NCBI GenBank assembly: GCA_964430985.1
Contig: CAYSIC010000005.1
Location: 19,610-83,609 of the forward strand
DNA length: 64,000 bases
Source of the DNA: an uncultured Atopobium sp.
GTDB lineage: Bacteria > Actinomycetota > Coriobacteriia > Coriobacteriales > Atopobiaceae
Reading direction: 5' to 3'
The translations under genes were made by a program, and so were the position numbers. Positions 40,303 to 48,995 of the stretch are shown here, piece by piece. The notes under the pieces are model-generated. The model was not told where the DNA came from, ran no database searches, and saw only the letters and a program-made list of their open reading frames with translations. The first letter of the stretch is position 1. The number at the start of each line of letters is the position of its first letter.

Positions 40303-40378
40303 TGGTGCCCCCGGGCCGATTCGAACGGCCGACACCCGCTTTAGGAGAGCGGTGCTCTATCCCCTGAGCTACGAAGGC
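40303..40378 (-). tRNA. tRNA-Arg(CCU)
   Basis: Acceptor GCCTTCG/CGGGGGC (two G-U pairs), anticodon stem CCGCT/AGCGG with loop CTCCTAA, T-arm GGCCG-TTCGAAT-CGGCC, CCA encoded. Confidence 0.9.
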
Positions 40379-40418
40379 AGAAACGTTAGTCTACCACCAG
40401 CGTCCGTTGCGAGAAAGA

Positions 40419-41063
40419 CTACTTCTTCTTGCTCTTGTCAGCTTCCTTCTGGGCTCTCTTGGCACTCTGCGCAGAGCGCTCCTTCTCGAAGAGGTCCATG
40501 ATCTTCTTTTCGGTCAGACCTTGGACGCGCGCCTCGGCCTCCCGGCGATAGGGACGACGCTTGACCAAATCGTAGATGAAGCTGCCGATGATGAAGGCAT
40601 AGGCCGCCACGAGCGAGACGACCGAGAGCACGCCTTGCGTTGTGGTGTAGTTGTCGTTGCCCTCGAGAACGTAACCAGCGATGAGTGAGATCACCGCCAG
40701 GCCAAAGCCGACCCCCATGAGGATGAAGAAGGTCTTCTCGCTTGCCTTATAGCCGGGAATGCTGCGCAGCACGAGGTCGTAGGCGCGATTGCGCAGGTCA
40801 TCTTGCTCGCGTTCCTTGCGCTTGCGCTCCTTCTTCTGCTCCTTGGTTTCAGCCGGAGCACCCACCATGCTCTTCTTGGGCTTGGATGAGATACGCACCG
40901 AGGAGGCAGCCTCGCGTGCGGGCTTGGCGTTGGCCGCAGACTTACGCGAGAAGCCCTTCTTCTCGTCGTCATCCTTGATGGCCTCGGTCTCCTTCTTGGG
41001 CAGGCCGACGGTGTTCTCCTGCGCCTCGCGGCGCGCTCCGTCGATGGTCTCACGCAGTGACAT
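40419..41063 (-). CDS. hypothetical membrane protein with Lys/Glu-rich termini
   Basis: 214 aa. Charged, low-complexity N- and C-terminal regions flank two TM helices. The start overlaps the purC stop by 14 nt. Confidence 0.5.
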   Translation of the reverse strand: MSLRETIDGARREAQENTVGLPKKETEAIKDDDEKKGFSRKSAANAKPAREAASSVRISSKPKKSMVGAPAETKEQKKERKRKEREQDDLRNRAYDLVLRSIPGYKASEKTFFILMGVGFGLAVISLIAGYVLEGNDNYTTTQGVLSVVSLVAAYAFIIGSFIYDLVKRRPYRREAEARVQGLTEKKIMDLFEKERSAQSAKRAQKEADKSKKK

Positions 41064-41946
41064 GGGTCTCCTTCAGGGGCTTGAACTCTGAGCCTGTAAT
41101 GATCTGGAAGGCCTCCTGATAGCGCTCGGAGGTTCCCTTGATGACGTTGGAGGGGATGCGCGGGGGCTCGCCGGTCATATCCCAGTTGGCACTCAGCCAG
41201 TCGCGCACGTACTGCTTGTCGTAGCTCGGCTGGACACAACCAGGCGCGTAGCCCTGGGCGGGCCAGAAGCGGCTGGAGTCTGGCGTGAGGCACTCGTCAA
41301 TGAGGGCGAGCTTGCCGTCGATGAACCCAAACTCGAACTTGGTGTCCGCGATGATGATGCCGCGTGTGGCCGCATACTCGGCCGCGGCCCGATAGATGGC
41401 AAGGGAGGCGTCGCGCAGCTGCGCGGCAACGTCCTCGCCCACGATCTGGGCACAGCGCTCGTACGAGATGTTCTCATCGTGGTCGCCTAGAGCTGCCTTG
41501 GTGGACGGAGTGAAGAGGGGCTCGGGAAGCTGGGAGGCCTCGGTCAGACCCGAGGGGAGCTTGATGCCGCAGACGGTACCGTCCAAGTCGTAGGTCTTCT
41601 TGCCAGAGCCCGTGAGATAGCCACGCACGATGCACTCGATGGGAACCGTCTGGGCCTTTTTGACGAGCATGAAACGCCCAGCAAGGTAGTCCTCGTAGGG
41701 TTTGAACTCATCGGGAAGATCGACCACGTCGCAGGAGATCAGGTGGTTGGGCATGAGGTCCGCAAAGCGCTCAAACCAGAAGGCGGAGATGCGCGTCAGA
41801 ATCTCGCCCTTGTGGGGAATCTCGTCAGGCAGGATGAAGTCATAGGCGCTGATGCGGTCGGACGCGACCATGAGCAGGCGGTCTTTGCAGTCGTAGATGT
41901 CGCGCACCTTGCCGTGAGAGTCCGGGCGAAGCCCCATAGTTGCCAC
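41050..41946 (-). CDS. purC: phosphoribosylaminoimidazole-succinocarboxamide (SAICAR) synthase
   Basis: GKVRDIY, SDRISAYD, and long-form PurC features. The start is either GTG 41946 (6 nt after AAGGGGA) or ATG 41937. Confidence 0.9.
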   Translation of the reverse strand: MATMGLRPDSHGKVRDIYDCKDRLLMVASDRISAYDFILPDEIPHKGEILTRISAFWFERFADLMPNHLISCDVVDLPDEFKPYEDYLAGRFMLVKKAQTVPIECIVRGYLTGSGKKTYDLDGTVCGIKLPSGLTEASQLPEPLFTPSTKAALGDHDENISYERCAQIVGEDVAAQLRDASLAIYRAAAEYAATRGIIIADTKFEFGFIDGKLALIDECLTPDSSRFWPAQGYAPGCVQPSYDKQYVRDWLSANWDMTGEPPRIPSNVIKGTSERYQEAFQIITGSEFKPLKETHVTA

Positions 41947-42101
41947 AGCCAATCCCCTTTCAGTGTCATCCGTTACCGAATCAGTATAGCGCCGCTTAGG
42001 CTCTTTTCTCGGTAAGCCCGCGAGGGTACCCCGCGCGCAGTTCCGCAGCCGCGCCCTTTGCGGCGAGGACTGTCTGAGCACGGGGCACCCTCGCGAGCGC
42101 C

Positions 42102-43652
42102 CTACTTCTCCTGCAGCGTCTGGGCAAGGCTGCGGCGCTGGCGGTTCTGCGGAATTCTGATCGTGAAGGTCGTCCCCTTGCCCAGCTCAGATTCAACGAG
42201 GATTGTCCCGTTGTGACGGTCCACAATCTCCTTGGTGATGGAGAGTCCCACGCCCAGGCCCCCCGAGATGCGTTCGCGGCTCACGTCAGAGCGCCAGAAG
42301 CGCGAGAAGGTCTGCGGGATGTCCTCCTTGGCGATGCCGATTCCCGTGTCCTGCACGGACACGAGAAAGTCAGCCTTGTCCTGGCGCAGGGACACCTTGA
42401 TCCAGCCATCCTCGTTGGTGTAGCGCATGGCGTTGCTCATGAGGTTCACGATGGCCTCGCGCAACAGGTCGGGATCTACGTCCGCATAGAGCTCACCATG
42501 GGCAGTCTCGTCAACAAAGCGCAGGTGAAGGCCTCTCTCGTGGAAAAGCTGGTGCTGGGAGGAGACGAGGCTCTTCACCAGATAGACCAGGTCGGTGCGC
42601 TCAACCTTGAGCTCCGTCGTACCGTTCTCCAGCCGCGAGAGCTTGAGCATCGCGTCGATGAGGCGAGAGAGGCGTCGAACCTCCGAGCCCACGACCTCGA
42701 AGTGCTCGTCGTCGGCGGGAAGGACGCCGTCCTGCATGGCCTCAACAGTGGCCTGCATGGCCATGAGAGGCGTACGCAGCTCATGGGCCACGTCCCCTGT
42801 GAGGCGGTGCTCGAGCTTGAGGTCGCGCTCAATCGTGGAGGCCATGTCGTCGAAGGTCTCGCCAAGCTGCCCGATCTCGTCCGTGCCGCTCACGCCCGTG
42901 CGAGCCGTGAGGTCGCCGTTTCTGAGCTGCTTGGCCGTGGAGGTGATGCGCTGAATCGGCTTGGCCACCGTGCGGGACACGAAGTAGCCAATCACGCAGG
43001 CGAGCACGGTCGCGATACCCGCCGCCGTGGCGATGGCACCATAGGAGTTAGAGCGAAAGGATGCGTCGCTCTTGGTGAGAAGCGCCTCGGAGCCGGAGGC
43101 CCACAGGCGCACCGTTCCCACCACGGTCCCGTCCGCGTCAGTGATGGGCGAGCTGACCAGAGACTCGGATGCAGGGGGCACGCCAGAGGGGGCGCCGGTC
43201 ACCTCGGCGTAGCCTGCCGAACCAGAGGGGGCGCTCGGACGTGCCCAGGTGTCATCGTACAGAATGGTCCCATCAACATCGAGGACCTGAACCACGATGT
43301 CCGACGAGATGGACGAGGCGATGGTCGCCGCGGAAGCCACGTCCTCGTCGAGAACGCCCCCCTCCGCATAGGCCTCGGAGAGCGTCGCGGCAGTGGAGTT
43401 TGCCACGTCTTGCATGTTCTGACGGGTGTAGGCCATGAACTGGTCCTCCCACACCACGGCGAGCACAACCACCAGAACCACGGCCGTCATCACGGCGGTG
43501 AGTGCAAAGGCGAGCGTCAGTCTCGCGGCATAGGGTCGACCGCCCTTGGGATCGGGCTTGATGGTGTTCCAGGAGCCACGAGAAGACGAGGGCCGCTCGG
43601 AGCCGCCCTCGTCCACATGTGCGTTTCTTCCAACCACAAAGCGTGCCGACAT
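42102..43652 (-). CDS. sensor histidine kinase (TM-sensor-TM, HAMP, HisKA, HATPase_c)
   Basis: H-box DVAHELRTPL, N/G boxes (NLMSNAMRYT, DTGIGI, GGLGVGLSI). Two TM helices bracket an extracytoplasmic domain of about 150 aa. Confidence 0.9.
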   Translation of the reverse strand: MSARFVVGRNAHVDEGGSERPSSSRGSWNTIKPDPKGGRPYAARLTLAFALTAVMTAVVLVVVLAVVWEDQFMAYTRQNMQDVANSTAATLSEAYAEGGVLDEDVASAATIASSISSDIVVQVLDVDGTILYDDTWARPSAPSGSAGYAEVTGAPSGVPPASESLVSSPITDADGTVVGTVRLWASGSEALLTKSDASFRSNSYGAIATAAGIATVLACVIGYFVSRTVAKPIQRITSTAKQLRNGDLTARTGVSGTDEIGQLGETFDDMASTIERDLKLEHRLTGDVAHELRTPLMAMQATVEAMQDGVLPADDEHFEVVGSEVRRLSRLIDAMLKLSRLENGTTELKVERTDLVYLVKSLVSSQHQLFHERGLHLRFVDETAHGELYADVDPDLLREAIVNLMSNAMRYTNEDGWIKVSLRQDKADFLVSVQDTGIGIAKEDIPQTFSRFWRSDVSRERISGGLGVGLSITKEIVDRHNGTILVESELGKGTTFTIRIPQNRQRRSLAQTLQEK

Positions 43653-43661
43653 GGGCCGCCC

Positions 43662-44384
43662 CTACTTCTCCGCAGGCTCGGCTGGCTTCTCGGGAGCCTC
43701 GAAGCGATACCCTACGCCGTGCACGGTGTAGAGCCAGCGCGGGTTTCTCGGATCGTCGCCCAGTTTGGCACGCAGGTTCTTGACATGGGAGTCAATCGTG
43801 CGCTCGTAACCCTCGAAGTCGTAACCCAGAACCTTCTCGACGAGCTCCATGCGCGTGTAAACGCGCCCGGGATAGCGAGCGAGGGTGGTGAGCAGCTTGA
43901 ACTCGGAGGCGGTGAGATCGACCTCGGAACCCTCGACAAGGACCTTGTGACCCGAGATGTCGATCACGAGGTCGCCGAAGTCGAGTACCTCGAGGGCGGG
44001 CTCGGCCTCGGTGTGGGCCCGACGCAAGAGGGCGCGCACGCGCGCCACGAGCTCGCGCGGCGAGAAGGGTTTGATCAGGTAGTCGTCCGCGCCCAGCTCC
44101 AGGCCGATGATGCGGTCCTCGACCTCACCCTTGGCCGTAAGCATGATGATGGGAACGTTTGAGGTCTCGCGAATGGCGCGGCAGACGCGCTCACCCGAGA
44201 GCTTGGGCAGCATGAGGTCAAGGATCACGAGGTCAAAGGAATGCTTCTCGAACTCCTCGACCGCGCTTTGACCGTCTCCCACGCCACGCACAATATAGCT
44301 CTCGCGTTCGAGGTAGGCCGCGACGGCGTCACGGATGGCCTTCTCGTCCTCAACCAGCAGAATCTTCTTCTCGTCTGAAGCCAC
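43662..44384 (-). CDS. OmpR/PhoB-family response regulator
   Basis: Receiver domain (ILLVEDE...DLVILDLMLP...LTAK) plus a winged-helix trans_reg_C domain (LTASEFKLLTTLA...TVHGVGYRF). Confidence 0.95.
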   Translation of the reverse strand: MASDEKKILLVEDEKAIRDAVAAYLERESYIVRGVGDGQSAVEEFEKHSFDLVILDLMLPKLSGERVCRAIRETSNVPIIMLTAKGEVEDRIIGLELGADDYLIKPFSPRELVARVRALLRRAHTEAEPALEVLDFGDLVIDISGHKVLVEGSEVDLTASEFKLLTTLARYPGRVYTRMELVEKVLGYDFEGYERTIDSHVKNLRAKLGDDPRNPRWLYTVHGVGYRFEAPEKPAEPAEK

Positions 44385-44478
44385 GGCGGCCTCCTTGTTT
44401 CTTACTTGCTCTGTGTCACAGAATTGGTGACGGTAAGTGTCTTCTAGTGTACCCCACCGAAGCTCAAGAGATTCGCAC

Positions 44479-45684
44479 TTACAGCTGGAAGGTACGCACC
44501 GTCACGGAGGCGGGATAGCCGGTATCGGCATCCTTGACCGTCGAGAAGCTCACGAAGAGGTCGCAGTTACCCGCGCGCGCCGGAAATTCACCGTAGTCCA
44601 CCACCCGATCGGCGGCGGGGAGCGAGGCATAAGTCTGGTTGGCGAGATCGACCACCAGATAAGATGAGCTGCTCTTGATGACAAAGACGTCGCCCTTGCC
44701 GCAGCAGCACTCAGAGGGCTCAAGTGCGACGCGCACGAACCCGTTTGCCGACGTCCCCAGATAGGTACCCATCTGACCAAGCAGCCCGCCCGAGCTGTAG
44801 TTCGCTTCCACGGACACGCAGAAGCGCTCACCCACGCGCGTCGCCCTGAAGGGTTTGACCGTCGCGGGCATCACGAGCTGGTCGAGCTTGGTGGCGAGGT
44901 CGTCGGAGAGCGAGTAGGCGGTCACCCCGTAGTAGATCCCCTCGCTCGCGCGCACGCGCGGCGTGAGCACGACAGCATCGCCAGAGACCTCGGGCCTGGT
45001 CGCAAAGCGCCCGGGGGACTCGACGACGGACTGGGCGGAAGCGTCGCCCAGATGCCAGAGGTAGCAGAAGGAGTGCTCAATGGTCTTTGTGCCACTCGAC
45101 GAGGGCTGGACCTGCCAGACTATGCTCGACCCCGAGACGGTAAAGGGAGCCGGATCGTAGTCAGAGGTTCCCTGCCACAGAGTGCTTGTCGCGCCCGTAA
45201 GCTTTCCCGCCGAGAAGGGCGCGGCATAAAGGGTCCAGTCGCGCGTGGCAAGATCGAGCTCGACCCACGCATAGGCAGAATCCGAGCAGCGCGCGTCGTA
45301 GATGACCATCATGGCGGCGCTGCCCATCGGGGCGGACACGACCTCGCTGATCGTGCCCTCGGAGAGCGAGAGGGCGGATCCCCTGACCATGGGAGTCGCC
45401 GAGGGTCCCGCCGACGTCACGGGAATCCAGGTGCCCTCGGCCGGGCGCAGCACGCTCCCCAGGGGAATCGTCCAGGTGCTCTTCGCCTCGAGCGTGGTCG
45501 AGACGCTCTCGAAGGCGTCTGTCACGCTCACCGCAGAGTCAGCGTCCACGACCACCGGGTCTAAGTCCGTGTCTTCCTCGGGGGCGTGCGTGCAGCCGGC
45601 AAGGACCCCCACCACAGCTGCCGCGGTGGTTCCTGCGGCTGCGGCCTTGAAGAAGGAGCGTCTGGTGAGTTTGGGTGCGCGCAT
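44479..45684 (-). CDS. Tat-signal lipoprotein, unknown function
   Basis: Twin-arginine motif TRRSFFK followed by lipobox LAGC. The mature part of about 370 aa is beta-rich. Located immediately upstream of the two-component system. Confidence 0.6.
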   Translation of the reverse strand: MRAPKLTRRSFFKAAAAGTTAAAVVGVLAGCTHAPEEDTDLDPVVVDADSAVSVTDAFESVSTTLEAKSTWTIPLGSVLRPAEGTWIPVTSAGPSATPMVRGSALSLSEGTISEVVSAPMGSAAMMVIYDARCSDSAYAWVELDLATRDWTLYAAPFSAGKLTGATSTLWQGTSDYDPAPFTVSGSSIVWQVQPSSSGTKTIEHSFCYLWHLGDASAQSVVESPGRFATRPEVSGDAVVLTPRVRASEGIYYGVTAYSLSDDLATKLDQLVMPATVKPFRATRVGERFCVSVEANYSSGGLLGQMGTYLGTSANGFVRVALEPSECCCGKGDVFVIKSSSSYLVVDLANQTYASLPAADRVVDYGEFPARAGNCDLFVSFSTVKDADTGYPASVTVRTFQL

Positions 45685-45699
45685 GTATCTTCCGTCCCG

Positions 45700-45846
45700 C
45701 TAGCCCGCGAGCTTCTTGGCCACGGGGAGGACCTTGGACTCCTGGTCGAGGCACGAGGTCACACGAGGTCTGCTGGTATCAATCATGAGAAGTTCTTCGC
45801 CGTTCTCGGTGATCGCATCGTGGGGGGCAAAGTCGAAGCGCGGCAT
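45700..45846 (-). CDS. possible small protein (48 aa)
   Basis: Short ORF (MPRFDFAPHDAITENGEELLMIDTS...) filling the gap between purB and the lipoprotein gene. The SD (AAGGAA) is weak and I recognise no family. Confidence 0.25.
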   Translation of the reverse strand: MPRFDFAPHDAITENGEELLMIDTSRPRVTSCLDQESKVLPVAKKLAG

Positions 45847-45883
45847 GGTTTCCTTTCTTGAGAGGCGCCGTGAGATGCGCCGC

Positions 45884-47227
45884 CTAGAAGCTGAGCTTCT
45901 CGAGCCGGTCAAAGACCACGTCCGTGTGCGTGAGGAAAGAGCGCGGGTCGAAGATGGCATCGAGCTCTTCGGCAGGCACGGTGCAGCGGGGGTCGCTCTC
46001 GAGCTTCTGTCGAAACGTCGTGCCCGACTCGCACTGTTGAATCTCGCGCCAGGTGGCCATGGCGTTCTCCTGCACGATCTGGTAGGCCTCCTCACGCGTG
46101 ATGTTGGTCTCCACGAGAGCGAGCAGCACCTTGGAGGAGTAGATGAGGCCACGCGTCTTGTTGAGGTTGGCCAGCATCTGGGCCGGGTAGATGATCAGGC
46201 CGTCGACGATGCGGATGAGGCAGTGCAGCATATGGTCGAGGGCGATGAAGGAGTCCGCCTGCGCCACGCGCTCGGCGGAGCTGTGAGAGATGTCACGCTC
46301 GTGCCAGAGGGCCACGTTGTCAAAGGCCACCTGGGCGTTTGCCTTGACCACGCGCGAGAGGCCGCAGACTTTCTCGACGGTGATGGGGTTGCGCTTGTGC
46401 GGCATGGCCGAGCTGCCCTTCTGCCCCTTCCTGAACGGCTCCTCAGCCTCGAGGGTGTCGGTCTTCTGGAGGTTTCTGACCTCGGTGGCAATGCGTTCGC
46501 AGGTGGCTGCGCAGGTGGCCAGGACCCCAGCGAGGTAGGCGTGGTGGTCGCGAGAGACGACCTGCGTGGAGAGGGGGTCGGCATCAAGGCCCAGATGCTC
46601 GCAGACGTACTTCTCGACAAAGGGGTCTATGGAGGAGTAGGTGCCCACCGCGCCGGAAATGGCCCCGAAGGCCACGTTCTTACGTGCGTCCTCGAGGCGG
46701 TCGAGGTCACGCTTGAGCTCCCAGGCCCAGCTGCCGAACTTCATGCCAAAGGTCATGGGCTCGGCATGGATGCCGTGGGTGCGACCCACACACAGGGTGT
46801 CGCGCTCCTCGAAGGCGCGGCGGCGGCAGATCTCGCCGAGCTGGCGGACGTCATCGATGAGGATGTCGGTGGCTTGGACGAGCTGATAGCACAGGGCCGT
46901 GTCGCCCAGGTCGGAGCTCGTCATGCCAAAGTGGACCCAACGGCTGGGCTTGAGGTCGCCCTCGGGCACGTCGGCGTCAATGTAGGAGCCCATGTTGGTG
47001 AGAAAGGCGATGACGTCGTGGTTGGTGACGGCCTCGATCTGGTCGACCTCGTCCTTGTTGAACGCGGCGTGCGCACGAATCCAGGACGCTTCCTCGCGGC
47101 TGATGCCGCACTGGCCCAGCTCAGCCTGGGCCTCGCAGGCAAGTACCTCGATCTCCTGCCAGATGGCGTACTTGTTCTCCAGCGAGAAGATGTGACCCAT
47201 CTCGGGACGGGTGTATCGATCGATCAT
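45884..47227 (-). CDS. purB: adenylosuccinate lyase
   Basis: 447 aa, fumarate-lyase superfamily signature (GSSAMPHKRNP). PurB-like throughout. Confidence 0.95.
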   Translation of the reverse strand: MIDRYTRPEMGHIFSLENKYAIWQEIEVLACEAQAELGQCGISREEASWIRAHAAFNKDEVDQIEAVTNHDVIAFLTNMGSYIDADVPEGDLKPSRWVHFGMTSSDLGDTALCYQLVQATDILIDDVRQLGEICRRRAFEERDTLCVGRTHGIHAEPMTFGMKFGSWAWELKRDLDRLEDARKNVAFGAISGAVGTYSSIDPFVEKYVCEHLGLDADPLSTQVVSRDHHAYLAGVLATCAATCERIATEVRNLQKTDTLEAEEPFRKGQKGSSAMPHKRNPITVEKVCGLSRVVKANAQVAFDNVALWHERDISHSSAERVAQADSFIALDHMLHCLIRIVDGLIIYPAQMLANLNKTRGLIYSSKVLLALVETNITREEAYQIVQENAMATWREIQQCESGTTFRQKLESDPRCTVPAEELDAIFDPRSFLTHTDVVFDRLEKLSF

Positions 47228-47534
47228 GGGGCTCCTCCTGCGGCTTTGGGCAATGATGCATAGGCTTTGATTCTAGCGCAGCCGCTGCCAGTGCGCCGAC
47301 TTTTTGCCTGCGACGCAAGGCTTGCGGACCCAAAGAGGGCTTCGAGAAAGGCAAAGGGAGGGGCTTGTCGGCAGTTTTTCTTAGCATCGCCGAGTATCAA
47401 GGCCTCCTCCTTCAGAGAATGCCCCGGTAGAGAGCCTGCGGTTTCTGGTGCCACTCGAGGTGTTCGGGAGAAACTGCTGACAAGTCTCTTTTTTCCCTCT
47501 CTCTCACAACCAAAATCACCCTCGACGAGCTTCG

Positions 47535-48917
47535 CTAGGACTCGTCGGCCACGAGCGCTGCGCGAGCCTCGGCGAGCTGGGCGACCACGGCGTCGTGGCC
47601 TGTGCCACCGTAGGTCACACGCGCGTTAGCGATGCCAGCTGGGTCGAGGTCGTCAGCTATGTCCTCGTCAAAGAGCGGGGAGGCGGCGCGAAAGTCATCG
47701 GCCGAGAGATCCTCCAGGCCGCACCCGCGCTTCTCGCAGGCAAGGACAAGCTCTCCCACCACACGGTGCGCCTCCCTAAACGGCATGCCCTTCTTGGCCA
47801 GGTAGTCGGCCACGTCCGTGGCAGCCGTGAAGCCGCGGCCCGCCTGGGCGCGCATGGTGTCGGCGTTCACGGTCATGGTCTCGATCATGCCCGCGGCTAT
47901 CTCCATGCAGTCGCTCAGTGTGTGCGCCGCATCGAGCGGTCCCTCCTTGCACTCCTGGAGATCCTTGTTGTATGCGAGCGGCAACGACTTCATCGTGGTG
48001 AGCAGTGCCATGAGGTCCCCGTAGACGCGACCCGTCTTACCGCGTGTGAGCTCGGCAAAGTCCGGGTTCTTCTTCTGCGGCATGATCGAGGAGCCCGTGG
48101 AGTAGGAATCGGACAGCGTGATGAACCCAAACTCGGTGGAGCTCCACAGCACGATCTCCTCGCACAGCCGGCTCAGGTGCATCATGCTCACCGAGCACGC
48201 GTATTCGAGATCGAGCAGGTAGTCGCGGTCGGAAACGGCATCAAGCGAGTTGGGGATCGTGCGCGCAAAGCCCAGGAGCTCCGTGGTGCGCGCGCGGTCG
48301 AGAGGGTAGGTGGTTCCCGCCAGAGCCGCAGCGCCGAGCGGATTGGCATCGGCGGCCCCCCTCGCGGCGGAGAGGCGTCCGAAGTCGCGCGTGAACATCC
48401 AGAAGTATGCGAGTAGGTGATGAGAGAGGAGCACCGGCTGTGCGTGCTGAAGGTGCGTGTAGCCGGGCATGACCACGTCGAGGTTCTTGTCGGCTACGTC
48501 GACGAGGACGCGACGCAGGGCGCAATTGCCATCCATGAGGCGAGCGCAGAGATCCTTGGCGAGCAGGCGAATGTCGGTCGCTACCTGGTCGTTGCGGGAG
48601 CGGCCCGTATGCAGGCGCGCGCCGGGCGTGCCGATGTTGTCCGTGAGGGCGCGTTCGACAGCCATGTGGACGTCCTCGTCGTTGACGTCCCAGACAAAGG
48701 TTCCGTCTGCAATCTGCGCGGCGATCTTCTCGAGGCCGGAGTCTATTGCAGCCTGGTCCTCCGAGGAGATGATGCCCTGTTCGGCGAGCATGCGTGCGTG
48801 GGCGCGCGACCCGGCGACGTCCTGGGCCGCCATGACCTTGTCGACCTCGAGGGACGCGCCAAACTCCTGCGTAAATGCATCGACGCCCCTCTCGAACCTG
48901 CCACCCCACAGGGCCAT
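47535..48917 (-). CDS. argH: argininosuccinate lyase
   Basis: Begins MALWGGRFE. Fumarate-lyase signature GSSIMPQKKNPD. Confidence 0.95.
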   Translation of the reverse strand: MALWGGRFERGVDAFTQEFGASLEVDKVMAAQDVAGSRAHARMLAEQGIISSEDQAAIDSGLEKIAAQIADGTFVWDVNDEDVHMAVERALTDNIGTPGARLHTGRSRNDQVATDIRLLAKDLCARLMDGNCALRRVLVDVADKNLDVVMPGYTHLQHAQPVLLSHHLLAYFWMFTRDFGRLSAARGAADANPLGAAALAGTTYPLDRARTTELLGFARTIPNSLDAVSDRDYLLDLEYACSVSMMHLSRLCEEIVLWSSTEFGFITLSDSYSTGSSIMPQKKNPDFAELTRGKTGRVYGDLMALLTTMKSLPLAYNKDLQECKEGPLDAAHTLSDCMEIAAGMIETMTVNADTMRAQAGRGFTAATDVADYLAKKGMPFREAHRVVGELVLACEKRGCGLEDLSADDFRAASPLFDEDIADDLDPAGIANARVTYGGTGHDAVVAQLAEARAALVADES

Positions 48918-48995
48918 GAGCCCCCCTCTCGTCCGAATTGACGTGGCCAGTCGAGTGCCTCTCCGACCGGCCACGTCACGATTTTCCCAGTCTTT

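Noticed and set aside
40419-41063. Toxin-antitoxin or defence role for small or unknown genes (40419..41063, 29970..30173, 63211..63468, 45700..45846).
   Set aside because: None shows paired small-gene architecture, nuclease/PIN/HEPN-like motifs, or hydrophobic type-I-toxin features with an antisense partner. They look like ordinary small membrane proteins or uncertain ORFs.
47224-47454. 76-aa minus-strand ORF whose TGA overlaps the purB ATG (ATGA coupling).
   Set aside because: The translation is Ala/Gly/Ser-rich and low-complexity. There is no credible SD at its ATG, and an ATGA overlap is easy to get by chance in GC-rich DNA. It is treated as non-coding leader.
47228-47534. Purine riboswitch or ZTP riboswitch in the 307-nt purB leader. 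The short purH (25051-25119) and purC (41947-42101) leaders were checked as well.
   Set aside because: The purB leader contains CUCUACCGGGGCA, which resembles the UUUCUACCGGGCA segment of guanine riboswitches. However, the UAUAAU junction, the P2 loop and the GACUAUG 3' junction are all absent. No GACUGGCG...CCGCCUGGGC (ZTP) signature occurs in any of the three leaders.
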